A DNA stretch of 56,481 nucleotides, from positions 1-56,481 of the forward strand of contig JAZQID010000129.1 in NCBI GenBank assembly GCA_045540915.1, in the 5' to 3' direction. The DNA comes from Acutalibacteraceae bacterium. Lineage in GTDB: Bacteria; Bacillota; Clostridia; Oscillospirales; Acutalibacteraceae. How positions within the stretch are numbered: position 1 is the stretch's first letter; every line of letters begins with the position of its first letter. The notes beneath the pieces were generated by a model. That model was given only the letters and a program-made list of their open reading frames with translations. It did not search any database and was not told the DNA's origin. Both the position numbers and the translations under genes were made by a program. Below, in pieces: positions 40,068-48,352 of the stretch.

Positions 40068-41462
40068 TTATTCCCAAGTCAAAGCCTCTTCCTTTTCCTC
40101 AAATTCCAACGCTCCGCCCATTGCGGTGGTTTGGCCGACGGCGATGCCGTCGGTACTTTCGGGGAGGAAGAGTATCTTTATGGTTGCGAAGATTATGCGC
40201 AGGTCCTCCATAAAGCTCGGCTTTGCTATGTACATCAGATCCATCTGCAGCTTATCATAGGGCGTCGTATTATACTTGCCGTAGACCTGCGCGTAGCCGG
40301 TCAGGCCCGCCTTGGCCTGCAGTCGCAGACGGAACTCGGGCAGCTCCTGCTCATACTGCGCGGCAATCTCGGGGCGCTCGGGACGCGGTCCCACGACGCT
40401 CATGCTACCGCCCAAAATATTCAGCAACTGCGGCAGCTCGTCGATCCTGCACTTGCGGATAATCCTGCCGACAGGCGTGATGCGGTCGTCGTTGTCGCCG
40501 GTAGAAAGCCTTGCAACGCCGTCCTTCTCGGCATCCACCCTCATCGAGCGGAACTTCAGCACCTTGAACACCTTGCCATCCTTGGTCAAGCGATCCTGCT
40601 TATAGAAAACGGGGCCGCCGTCGGTCACCTTTATCGCGATAGCGGTGACAAGCATAATGCCGCTGAGCGGCACAAGCACAATAAGGCTTGCAACGATGTC
40701 GAAGAGCCTTTTGAAAAGCTTGTACTCGGGCTTGGGGTTCCATCTGTCCACCCTGAGCATAGGCAGGTGGAACATATGCATACGCTTTGCGCCGTTAAGG
40801 ATAATGTCGCCGATGCGGGGCAGCAAATAAACGGTGATGCCCTTATCGGTACAATATTTCAAGATCTGGTTGCGCTCGTGGCTGCTGACACCGCAGATAA
40901 ACACTGCGCCAAAGCCTTCAAGTCGGCCGATATCAGCCGCGCAATCCTCGGCATCAAGCACCGCCTGCACGTCAAACTTCTTCTCCAGTCCGTACTCGCG
41001 CATCAGGGAGGCAACGTCATAATGCTCACTGTATACGATAGCCGTTTTGATAGGCGGGAAGGAAGCAAAATACCACATATGTGCAATAAAGCTCCAAGCA
41101 ACCACCAGCGCCAACTGCACAGCCAGAGTAATAAGGCAGGGGATGAGGTTGGGGAAGCTGTGGTTCAAGAGCCATATAACGATGAACATCATCGCGTCCG
41201 AAAGCAGCACGGCAAGGCACTGGCTGTAAACGATCTCGGAGATCCTGTTTATCGAGATCATAAAGGCGTCGTACACCCTTGCAAAAGTTATGTAGAGCGC
41301 AACAAAAAGCGCGATGACCAACCAGTTGCCCTTGTTGAAGTAAGGGGCCATTATGGTATCCGCAAAATAACCGTACCAGCAAAACGCAAAGGGGACCGAA
41401 GCAAAAATTACCGGCATCAACTTGGCTATTCTAAGGCTCAAATCATGCTTAAAGCTTTTCAC
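40068..41462 (-). CDS. Polyprenyl-phosphate hexose-1-phosphate transferase (WbaP/EpsL-type initiating enzyme)
   Basis: KRLFDIVASLIVLVPLSGIML...DGGPVFYKQDRLTKDGKVFKVLKFRSMRVDAE...GPRPERPE. The start is uncertain. By my reading the first codon of the tracked ORF (41460-41462) is TGG. Alternatives are an in-frame CTG at 41463-41465 with an AAGAGG SD 5 nt upstream, or an ATG at 41417. Confidence 0.8.
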   Translation of the reverse strand: MKSFKHDLSLRIAKLMPVIFASVPFAFCWYGYFADTIMAPYFNKGNWLVIALFVALYITFARVYDAFMISINRISEIVYSQCLAVLLSDAMMFIVIWLLNHSFPNLIPCLITLAVQLALVVAWSFIAHMWYFASFPPIKTAIVYSEHYDVASLMREYGLEKKFDVQAVLDAEDCAADIGRLEGFGAVFICGVSSHERNQILKYCTDKGITVYLLPRIGDIILNGAKRMHMFHLPMLRVDRWNPKPEYKLFKRLFDIVASLIVLVPLSGIMLVTAIAIKVTDGGPVFYKQDRLTKDGKVFKVLKFRSMRVDAEKDGVARLSTGDNDDRITPVGRIIRKCRIDELPQLLNILGGSMSVVGPRPERPEIAAQYEQELPEFRLRLQAKAGLTGYAQVYGKYNTTPYDKLQMDLMYIAKPSFMEDLRIIFATIKILFLPESTDGIAVGQTTAMGGALEFEEKEEALTWE

Positions 41463-41554
41463 AGTTCAACCTCTTTCCTGTTCCTTTTATACCAACATCG
41501 AACGCAATTTTTCGTTTGTGTAAAATCAAACCCAAACATACTTATACAAAATAA

Positions 41555-41583
41555 ATTATACTGTATCAAAAGATAAAAATCAA
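41555..41583 (-). promoter_or_regulatory. Candidate sigma-A promoter of the polysaccharide operon
   Basis: On the minus strand: TTGATT (41578-41583), a 17-nt spacer, then TATAAT (41555-41560). The -35 box lies inside one arm of the 12-bp inverted repeat aaaaatcaagag (41575-41586) / ctcttgattttt (41623-41634). Confidence 0.5.
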
Positions 41584-41843
41584 GAGAAGTATTGAAGAAA
41601 ATACCCAATCACCCTTAAAAACCTCTTGATTTTTTGCATAAATTTTACAAAAAAGGCCGTTTTTGTCTTTGTTTTGGTTGAATTAGGCTGTCGGCACTTC
41701 GAAAAGGCCGAAAACCCGCATAAACAGCGGTGTAGTAAATACTACGGTTTTGGCAGCTTTAATTCGCGCTCTGAGGATTCGAGCCCCCCCATTGTGCGAG
41801 AAAACACCGCCCACGCGAAAGCGTGAACGGAGGGTTGGAGGGG

Positions 41844-42200
41844 TTAGCTCAAGTTCTCCTTTGCGGTGTTGATGGAGGCGATGAGGATGCGCTTTACCTC
41901 TACACATTTATCAAGCAAGGTTTTATCTTTGTAATATCCGCTTTCTAAAAGCAGTTCTATCCAATATTCGCTTTCACTGCATTCTTTAAGTGCTATTTGA
42001 AGTTTTGCAACAAAATCTGCTTTTCCGTGTGCATAAAACGCCTCACGAATATTAGCACCTATACTTGTTCCTGAACGCAAAAACTGATTTATAAGTGCAC
42101 TCTCACATTTTGCGGCTCTTAGTTCTCTGCAAACCTTTATCACATCAAGTGCAAAAGTTTTTGATTTTATCATTAGAGGACTTTCTGTCACAGCAATCAC
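41844..42200 (-). CDS. Four-helix-bundle protein (23S rRNA intervening-sequence protein family)
   Basis: FALDVIKVCREL...ALINQFLRSGTSIGANIREA...KLQIALKECSESEYWIELL matches the family pattern (RAa.SI.aNIAEG ... E..YWL). It is AT-rich relative to its flanks. The exact start is ambiguous (GTG 42200, GTG 42191 or ATG 42173). Confidence 0.85.
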   Translation of the reverse strand: MIAVTESPLMIKSKTFALDVIKVCRELRAAKCESALINQFLRSGTSIGANIREAFYAHGKADFVAKLQIALKECSESEYWIELLLESGYYKDKTLLDKCVEVKRILIASINTAKENLS

Positions 42201-42233
42201 ACCTTTCTCTTTTTATTATACTTTGCGCAAATT

Positions 42234-42262
42234 AAAAAAGCAAGGCAAAGCCTTGCAAAAAC
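42234..42262 (-). terminator. Intrinsic terminator-like hairpin upstream of the four-helix-bundle gene
   Basis: aaaaaa-gcaaggc-aaa-gccttgc-aaaaa. On the minus strand the stem is followed by TTTTTT. Confidence 0.55.
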
Positions 42263-42265
42263 ACC

Positions 42266-42348
42266 TCTTCACTATTCACTATTACTTATTACCTCGCCAA
42301 AAATCTCCTCAGACAAAATTAGTGAAGAGTGAATAGTGAAAAGTGAAA
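42266..42348. repeat. Inverted arrays of heptamer repeats (AGTGAAN x4 facing NTTCACT-type x4)
   Basis: Right array, 42321-42348: agtgaag agtgaat agtgaaa agtgaaa. Left array, 42266-42293: tcttcac tattcac tattact tattacc. The perfect 13-bp inverted core is ttcactattcact (42268-42280) / agtgaatagtgaa (42328-42340). Confidence 0.7.
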
Positions 42349-42352
42349 AAGT

Positions 42353-42386
42353 AAAAATCTCCCCGAACTACGTCCGAGGAGATTTT
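42353..42386 (-). terminator. Intrinsic terminator immediately after tRNA-Arg
   Basis: On the minus-strand RNA: aaaatctcctcggac-gta-gttcggggagatttt, a stem of about 15 bp with two G-U pairs, ending in a U-run. Confidence 0.6.
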
Positions 42387-42463
42387 TGGCGCGCCAGGAG
42401 GGACTCGAACCCCCGACCTTTTGGTTCGTAGCCAAACACTCTATCCGGCTGAGCTACTGGCGC
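42387..42463 (-). tRNA. tRNA-Arg (anticodon ACG)
   Basis: The reverse complement folds by hand into a cloverleaf. Acceptor GCGCCAG/CTGGCGC, D arm GCTC-AGCCGGATA-GAGT, anticodon stem TTTGG/CCAAA with loop CTACGAA, T arm GGGGG-TTCGAGT-CCCTC, discriminator G and an encoded CCA. 77 nt. Confidence 0.9.
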
Positions 42464-42484
42464 ATTATTTATTTGTGCCAAAGT

Positions 42485-42513
42485 ATGATATCACAACTGG
42501 TCACCAAATGCAA
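42485..42513 (-). promoter_or_regulatory. Candidate promoter of tRNA-Arg
   Basis: On the minus strand: TTGCAT (42508-42513), a 17-nt spacer, then TATCAT (42485-42490), about 20 nt upstream of the tRNA 5' end. Confidence 0.45.
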
Positions 42514-42619
42514 GCCTTTTTTTGAATTTCTTTCAAAAAATTTACCCGACTCCCCCGACCAAACGGCAAGAGCCGGCTGATGCCGCCCTTTTGCGACACC
42601 AAACGGCTCTTTTCTCACT

Positions 42620-43402
42620 TTATCTGACAGGGTGAATGACCTTGACGACGCAGGCCTCTTCACATTTTCCGCAACCGGTACACTTAGTCGCATCGATCTT
42701 CGCCACGAAGTTCTCAACGACGATGGCCTCCGACTCGCAGACCTTGACGCATTTTCCGCATCCGATGCATCCGGCAGTGCAGACCTTACGGGTCACGGCG
42801 CCCTTGTCCTGACTCCGACATGCGACCGCCTGCGTTCTTTCGGGCAGGACGGCTATCACGCTGTGAGGACAGGCGGTGACACACTTGCCGCAGGCACCGC
42901 ACTTAGCGGTATCGACAACCGCAACGCCGTCGACGATGGCAATGGCATCCTGCTCACACACCCTGACACAGTCGCCCAATCCGATACAACCGAAGCGGCA
43001 GGCACTCGGCCCGTTATCAAGCATTGCGGCCGCCGCACAGGTGGACAGACCCTCGTAATCATACTTGGTCTTGGTGCAGTTCTTACTGCCCGAGCAGCAG
43101 ACGACGGCAACCTTTCTGACGAAGGCGCCTGCCTCGACCCCCATTATCTCGGCAATAGCCTTGGCAGTGTCGGCACCTCCTGCGGTACACAGGGTGGTAT
43201 CGGCGCCCTTGGCGACCGCTTCTGCATAAGGGTCACAGCCGCTGAAGCCGCAGCCGCCGCAATTAGCGCCCGGCAGGACCTCTCTTACCTTTTCGACCTT
43301 TTCGTCGACTTCGACCGCAAACACCTTGCCGCAGACGGCAAGTATCGCTCCGGCAACAAGGCCGATGGCGGCAACTATCAGGACGGGAATCAAAATTTCC
43401 AT
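42620..43402 (-). CDS. rnfB: Rnf complex subunit B (polyferredoxin)
   Basis: N-terminal TM, the LPGANCGGCGFSGC motif, and several CxxCxxCxxxCP 4Fe-4S clusters. Confidence 0.9.
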   Translation of the reverse strand: MEILIPVLIVAAIGLVAGAILAVCGKVFAVEVDEKVEKVREVLPGANCGGCGFSGCDPYAEAVAKGADTTLCTAGGADTAKAIAEIMGVEAGAFVRKVAVVCCSGSKNCTKTKYDYEGLSTCAAAAMLDNGPSACRFGCIGLGDCVRVCEQDAIAIVDGVAVVDTAKCGACGKCVTACPHSVIAVLPERTQAVACRSQDKGAVTRKVCTAGCIGCGKCVKVCESEAIVVENFVAKIDATKCTGCGKCEEACVVKVIHPVR

Positions 43403-43417
43403 ATCTCTCCCCCTCCT

Positions 43418-44020
43418 TTAAGCGAAAATGTTCTCGACGACACCGCCGAAGCCCAGGAAGGACAGGGCGACTATCGACGCGGCTATCAAAGTAATAGGCA
43501 GTCCGCGCAGGGCCTTGGGCACGTCGCAGGACTCCATACTCGAACGAACGCCCGAGAAGAGCAGCATCGCTACGAGGAAGCCGACACCTGCGCCGAGAGC
43601 GTTGACCAGCGCACCGACGAAGCTGAGTCCGTCGGTGATGTTGAGCATAGTAACACCCAGCACCGCGCAGTTGGTGGTGATAAGGGGCAGATAGATGCCC
43701 AGCGAGCTGTAAAGGGGCGGCGACAGCTTCTTGATAGCCATCTCCATCAGCTGAACAAGCGCCGCAATTACAAGGATAAAGACGATGGTCTCGAGGTACT
43801 CAAGCCCAAAGGGCACGAGCAGGTAGTGGAAGATCGGGAAGGTGGCCGCCGTTGCGATGAACATAACGAGGGTTACCGCGACACCCATTGAAGCGGCGGT
43901 ATCGGTCTTCTTGGACACTCCTAAGAAGGGGCAGATGCCGAGAAACTGAACCAGAACGAAGTTCTCGGTAAAGACGGCGGTAAAGAATATCTTAAGCAGT
44001 TCCTTTACGGTCTCGTTCAT
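43418..44020 (-). CDS. rnfA: Rnf complex subunit A
   Basis: FTENFVLVQFLGICPFLGVS...; about six TM helices. Position in the rnfCDGEAB order supports the call. Confidence 0.9.
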   Translation of the reverse strand: MNETVKELLKIFFTAVFTENFVLVQFLGICPFLGVSKKTDTAASMGVAVTLVMFIATAATFPIFHYLLVPFGLEYLETIVFILVIAALVQLMEMAIKKLSPPLYSSLGIYLPLITTNCAVLGVTMLNITDGLSFVGALVNALGAGVGFLVAMLLFSGVRSSMESCDVPKALRGLPITLIAASIVALSFLGFGGVVENIFA

Positions 44021-44682
44021 TACTGCTCACCCTCCTTTCCCGCGCACATACCACAGCTTGAGCAGTCGCCGCATTCGGTGCGGACGGGCTGGTTCATACG
44101 CTGTGCGAGCTTGTTGGAAAGGGCGATAAGCACACCGAAGACGAAGAAGCCGCCGGGTGGCAATATCAGCAGGGTCATACCGAAGCCGCCCGTGATATCC
44201 AGCCCGAAGATAGAGCCTGCGCCGATGAATTCGCGTATCATACCCATAAGCAGCAGGGCGGCGGTAAAGCCGATTCCCATTCCCAGCGCGTCCAATATCG
44301 ACGGGCCGACGCTGTTCTTACGGGCGAACATCTCGGCTCGGCCGAGGATGATGCAGTTGACGACGATGAGGGGCAAATAGATGCCCAGCGCATCGTTTAT
44401 AGCAGGCAAAAAGGCCTTGCAAAGCATCTGCACGACGGTAACGAAGCCCGCGATTATGGTGATATAGGCGGGGATTCGCACCTTGTCGGGAATGACCTTT
44501 CGCAAAAGGGAAATAGTAATGTTTGCGCCGAGCAGAACGAAGGTGGTCGCAAGTCCCATTCCGAGTCCGTTGGAGGCGGCGGTGGTGACCGCGAGGGTGG
44601 GACAGGTACCGAGCATCAGTCGAAGCACGGGGTTTTCTTTGATAATTCCGTTTTTGAGTGCATCTAACTTCATTCTGCTCAC
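44020..44682 (-). CDS. rnfE: Rnf complex subunit E
   Basis: NPVLRLMLGTCPTLAVTT...; the RnfA paralogue pattern. 1-nt overlap with rnfA. Confidence 0.9.
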   Translation of the reverse strand: MSRMKLDALKNGIIKENPVLRLMLGTCPTLAVTTAASNGLGMGLATTFVLLGANITISLLRKVIPDKVRIPAYITIIAGFVTVVQMLCKAFLPAINDALGIYLPLIVVNCIILGRAEMFARKNSVGPSILDALGMGIGFTAALLLMGMIREFIGAGSIFGLDITGGFGMTLLILPPGGFFVFGVLIALSNKLAQRMNQPVRTECGDCSSCGMCAGKEGEQ

Positions 44683-45203
44683 CTTCCCTTCAATATTTCG
44701 TAGTCGGCCAGCGCGTCGTTGACGCTGTCCTTGACGGCGGCAGAGGTGTAGGTCGCACTTGTGATGGAAACTATCTCTCCGCCGTTTTTGGTCAGTTCAA
44801 CCGAGCCGCTTGCCCCTTTGAACTGGTCGGTAAAGGAGTCGTTTTTGCAATTTTGACCAAGACCGGGGGTCTCGTCATCGCAGGCCAGAACGATGATTCC
44901 GATGACCTTGCCCTCGGTGTCGAGAGCGGTCATAACCCTGACCTCGCCGCCGTAACCGATGGCGGAGGAAACGAAGATATAGCCCTTATCTCCTGCCTTA
45001 TAGGCCTCGGAGCAGACAAGCTCATCATCCTCAAGGGCGGAAAACTCGACGTCGGGGATAAGCTGATTCATACTCTCCTGCGCCGCCTTGGCCTCGTTGG
45101 CGGCGATGGTGTCGGCGGTCAGCAGGTTGACCCCTGCTACCGCAAAGGTCATCACAAGGCATATCGCCGTCAGTATCAAAGCAGGCTTTACTATGTTCTT
45201 CAT
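44679..45203 (-). CDS. rnfG: Rnf complex subunit G (FMN-binding)
   Basis: N-terminal TM. The FMN_bind domain has ITSATYTS, the context of the flavinylated Thr. Confidence 0.85.
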   Translation of the reverse strand: MKNIVKPALILTAICLVMTFAVAGVNLLTADTIAANEAKAAQESMNQLIPDVEFSALEDDELVCSEAYKAGDKGYIFVSSAIGYGGEVRVMTALDTEGKVIGIIVLACDDETPGLGQNCKNDSFTDQFKGASGSVELTKNGGEIVSITSATYTSAAVKDSVNDALADYEILKGR

Positions 45204-46147
45204 TTGCCGGCCTCCCTTCGCTTTGCGCCGAAGGGGCGGCGTACGATAAGGTTATCGATATGGGGGGTCAGTATGTTCATCAGGATTATCGAGAAGGAGA
45301 CACCCTCGGGCATACTGCCGAAAAGGCGGATGACCGCCGTAATAACACCGCAACCGACGGCATAGATAATACGTCCGCGATTGGTGCAGGGCGAGGTGGT
45401 GTAATCGGTGGCCATAAAGATGGCGCCGAGCAGAAGTCCGCCCGAAAGCAGTTGATAGACGGGATCCTCACCGAAGGCCCAGGTCATAAGCACGGTGGTG
45501 CCGATGAAAACGGCAGGAATAAGGGGGGTGATGACCCTACGGCAGACGAGGTAAACTCCGCCCACCAAAAGTGCTATCGCACAGGTCTCGCCAAGGCATC
45601 CGCCGCGCACTCCGAAAAGCATAGAGAGCAGTTCCGCCTTGGGCGCGCCCTCGGCAAGCGGCGTCGCATAGGTTGCGGCATCGGCGGCAGGGTTGCCCAG
45701 CCACGCGAGCGGCACCGGCCACTCGGACATAAGTCCCGTAAAGCTCATCATTATAACGATTCTTCCTGCGATAGCAGGGTTGGCGAAATTCATACCGATG
45801 CCGCCGAAAAGCTGCTTTACCACAACGATGGCGATGATGCTTCCCAAAGGAGCCATCCACAGCGCCGAAGCGGTGGCAGGCATATTCATTCCGACCAGCA
45901 GACCCGTAACCACCGCCGACAGATCGCCGATGGTGTTGTCCCTTTTGAGTATGCGACGGGTGACGTATTCGGCCGCAACCGCCGCAATGACGCTGAGCGC
46001 GAGAATAGCGACGCAGATGGGGCCAAAGACCACCACCGACACCGCACAGGCAGGCAGCAGAGCAATCACCACGTCGAGCATAATTCGACGGGTGGTCGCG
46101 TCACCGAGCACGTGGGGTGACGCAGAAACGATCAACCTCTCTGTCAT
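45200..46147 (-). CDS. rnfD: Rnf complex subunit D
   Basis: SPHV...; polytopic; the FMATDYTTSP motif near the C-terminal third is NqrB/RnfD-like. Confidence 0.9.
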   Translation of the reverse strand: MTERLIVSASPHVLGDATTRRIMLDVVIALLPACAVSVVVFGPICVAILALSVIAAVAAEYVTRRILKRDNTIGDLSAVVTGLLVGMNMPATASALWMAPLGSIIAIVVVKQLFGGIGMNFANPAIAGRIVIMMSFTGLMSEWPVPLAWLGNPAADAATYATPLAEGAPKAELLSMLFGVRGGCLGETCAIALLVGGVYLVCRRVITPLIPAVFIGTTVLMTWAFGEDPVYQLLSGGLLLGAIFMATDYTTSPCTNRGRIIYAVGCGVITAVIRLFGSMPEGVSFSIILMNILTPHIDNLIVRRPFGAKRREAGK

Positions 46148-46151
46148 CGGT

Positions 46152-47474
46152 CTACCTCCTTACCTTCTGTTTTGCCAGTCTCATCGACTGGACGAGCGGA
46201 CGCTTTGCAGGGCATCCGTAGGAGCAACAGCCGCATTCCATACAGCTGAGAACGTTCAACTTTACCAAGCGGTCGGTGTTGTCGGCCGCAAGTGCCCTTT
46301 CGACCTGCATAGGCATCAGGCTCATCGGGCAGGTGTCGGCACATCGGCCGCAACGGATACAGGCGCTCGCCTTGGGCAAGGCGGCCTCCTTTTCACCGAA
46401 GGCAAGCACGGCGTTGCCCGGCTTGGTTATCGGCAGGCTCAGGTCGTGCACCGCCGCACCCATCATCGGGCCGCCTGCGATTATCTTGCGCGCAGGCTGA
46501 TCAAATCCGCCGCAAAACTCAAGCAGAGCCTGAATTCGCGTGCCGATGGGAATGACGACGTTCTGCGGACGGGAAACGGCACTTCCCGACACGGTAACAC
46601 GCTTTGAAACGAGAGGAAGTCCCGTCGCAAGATACTTACCGATAAAGGAAACGCTGGTTATGTTCATAACGATGCATCCGACGTCGGCAGGCAGTGCGCC
46701 TGTGGGCACCTCTCTGCCCGTAGCCGAGCAGACCAGCATCTTTTCGGCTCCCTGCGGATAGCTCGAGGGCAGTTGCATCAGCTTGACGCGGTCGCCGACA
46801 CGGTCATCGGCCGCCGCAACCTTTGCGAGCACCTCGATGGCCTTGGGCTTGTTGTCCTCGACGCAGATGATGACGCTGGGGAGGTTGAGCCATTTTACGA
46901 GGGCGTAGACCCCCTCCATTATCGAGTCGGCAAACTCGATGCACTCGCGGTAGTCGGCGGTTATGTAGGGTTCGCACTCTGCGGCGTTGATGACGAGGGT
47001 GTCGATGACCTTATCGGTCGGCTTCAGCTTGACCGAAACGGGAAAACCCGCGCCGCCCAGTCCGACCAGTCCGCTGTCGCGCACCGCCTTGATAAAATCG
47101 TCAAGGCTCTCCACCTTGGGAGGACAATGCTCAATTTCCTCCATCAGTCCGTCCGACTCAATAGTGACCGCGTCGACGACTCGGCCGTTGGCGAGGGTTA
47201 TCGGCTCGATCTTGGTAACGGTGCCCGATACGCTCGCGTGAATGGGTGCCGAAACGGGACTCTCCGAGTCGGCGATAAGCTGGCCGACAAGAACCCTGTC
47301 GCCCTTCGCGACGACGGGGGTACAGGGGGCACCGATGTGCATCGACATCGGGAGCACTACCTCATCGGGCACAAACCTGACCGACTCATTCTCGGCCGTG
47401 TCCTTGTGATGACGCAGTTTCTGTCCGCCCCGCGTTTTACCGACGGGAGATAGTATTTCGGTGATGTGTTTCAT
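46152..47474 (-). CDS. rnfC: Rnf complex subunit C
   Basis: GLVGLGGAGFPVSVKL NADH/FMN-site block. Two C-terminal ferredoxin motifs, CIRCGRCADTCP and CMECGCCSYGCP. Confidence 0.9.
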   Translation of the reverse strand: MKHITEILSPVGKTRGGQKLRHHKDTAENESVRFVPDEVVLPMSMHIGAPCTPVVAKGDRVLVGQLIADSESPVSAPIHASVSGTVTKIEPITLANGRVVDAVTIESDGLMEEIEHCPPKVESLDDFIKAVRDSGLVGLGGAGFPVSVKLKPTDKVIDTLVINAAECEPYITADYRECIEFADSIMEGVYALVKWLNLPSVIICVEDNKPKAIEVLAKVAAADDRVGDRVKLMQLPSSYPQGAEKMLVCSATGREVPTGALPADVGCIVMNITSVSFIGKYLATGLPLVSKRVTVSGSAVSRPQNVVIPIGTRIQALLEFCGGFDQPARKIIAGGPMMGAAVHDLSLPITKPGNAVLAFGEKEAALPKASACIRCGRCADTCPMSLMPMQVERALAADNTDRLVKLNVLSCMECGCCSYGCPAKRPLVQSMRLAKQKVRR

Positions 47475-47481
47475 ACATCTG

Positions 47482-47991
47482 TCACCTTTCCTTAAGTAAT
47501 TTCTTCATCATAGGAGTAAGCAATTTCAAAAGCAGGGCCGTCACGATGCCCGACAGTATGCCGAGCAGGAGCATAACGGGTGCATAAAACCGAATTGAAC
47601 CGCCGACAAGAATGAACGCAACGCAAAGCTGGGCTACATTGTGTGCGGTGGCACCTGCGATGCCGATGCCGACACAGCCGAAGGCGCGGCTTCTCGCCGC
47701 AAGCCACAGCACGAAGCAGGAGAGCAGTCCTCCCGCAAGGCTCATAACGCAGGCGGTGGCACCGCGTACAGCAAGGGCAAACACCGACTTAAAAATAGCC
47801 ACCGCTATTGCGGCAGGCAGGGAAACCTCGGCCGCCAAAAACATAACCACCACGTTGGACAGTCCTGCCTTGGTGCCGGGGGGCATAAGGGGGGTCACGG
47901 GCAACATTCCCTCAAAGGCGGAAATAGCGATAGCGACCGCCGACCACAAGGCAAGCAGGGTAAGCTGACGGGTCGAAAACTTCATCTTCAT
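47482..47991 (-). CDS. Gx transporter family protein (heptaprenyl diphosphate synthase component I-like)
   Basis: AISAFEGMLP...PPGTKAGLSNVVVMF...SLAGGLLS...GATAHNVAQL matches the family's conserved G.K.GL.N and HN.gQL blocks. 7-nt gap to rnfC. Confidence 0.75.
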   Translation of the reverse strand: MKMKFSTRQLTLLALWSAVAIAISAFEGMLPVTPLMPPGTKAGLSNVVVMFLAAEVSLPAAIAVAIFKSVFALAVRGATACVMSLAGGLLSCFVLWLAARSRAFGCVGIGIAGATAHNVAQLCVAFILVGGSIRFYAPVMLLLGILSGIVTALLLKLLTPMMKKLLKER

Positions 47992-48004
47992 CCTCCCACC
48001 TCAG

Positions 48005-48352
48005 TCAGTACGTCACGCCGTCGACATCCTTGCCGACTACTGTGACTGTAACGCGGTTGGGCAGACATACGGCCGAGTCGCCGCCCTTTTTAAGCTCGCC
48101 GAAATCCATACAGTGCCCGTCGGGGCAATCCGACTTTGACACAAAGGCGACACCCGATCTTACCGTTATCTCGACGCCGTTGACGGTGACGGTGTCGTCC
48201 TCGTCAAGCGGCAGGGTGCAGACCAGTTCGGAGTTGTGGTATATCTCGACCTGTGAGGCATCCTTTCCTCCCGTAAAAAGAGGAATACAGGAGCCGATAA
48301 CTATCACCGCCGCCAGAATTATATCGGCGGCCTTTATCCACGGGCGGCTCAT
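48005..48352 (-). CDS. NusG domain II-containing membrane protein
   Basis: N-terminal TM, then a beta-rich domain ending in CPDGHCMDFGELKKGGDSAVCLPNRVTVTV, which is typical of NusG_II proteins. Confidence 0.7.
   Translation of the reverse strand: MSRPWIKAADIILAAVIVIGSCIPLFTGGKDASQVEIYHNSELVCTLPLDEDDTVTVNGVEITVRSGVAFVSKSDCPDGHCMDFGELKKGGDSAVCLPNRVTVTVVGKDVDGVTY

Noticed and set aside
40053-41576. 507-aa plus-strand ORF antisense to the WbaP-like gene
   Set aside because: Its Arg/Ala/Gly/His-rich, low-complexity translation is typical of the antisense frame of a GC-rich gene. The minus-strand product has clear sugar-transferase motifs. No SD or promoter.
41781-41800. gaggattcgagccccccc, resembling a tRNA T-arm and considered as an att-site remnant of an integrative element at tRNA-Arg
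   Set aside because: The flanking bases do not form a T-stem. It does not match the 3' end of the adjacent tRNA-Arg (GGGGGTTCGAGTCCCTCC). No integrase is present.
42386-42580. 64-aa ORF beginning MARQEGLEPPTFWF
   Set aside because: This is the classic translation of the antisense of a tRNA T-arm/acceptor. The region is tRNA-Arg(ACG) on the minus strand.
42632-43891. 419-aa plus-strand ORF across rnfB/rnfA
   Set aside because: This is the antisense of two well-supported rnf genes. The translation is Gly/Asp/Arg-rich with no motifs, so it is a compositional artefact.
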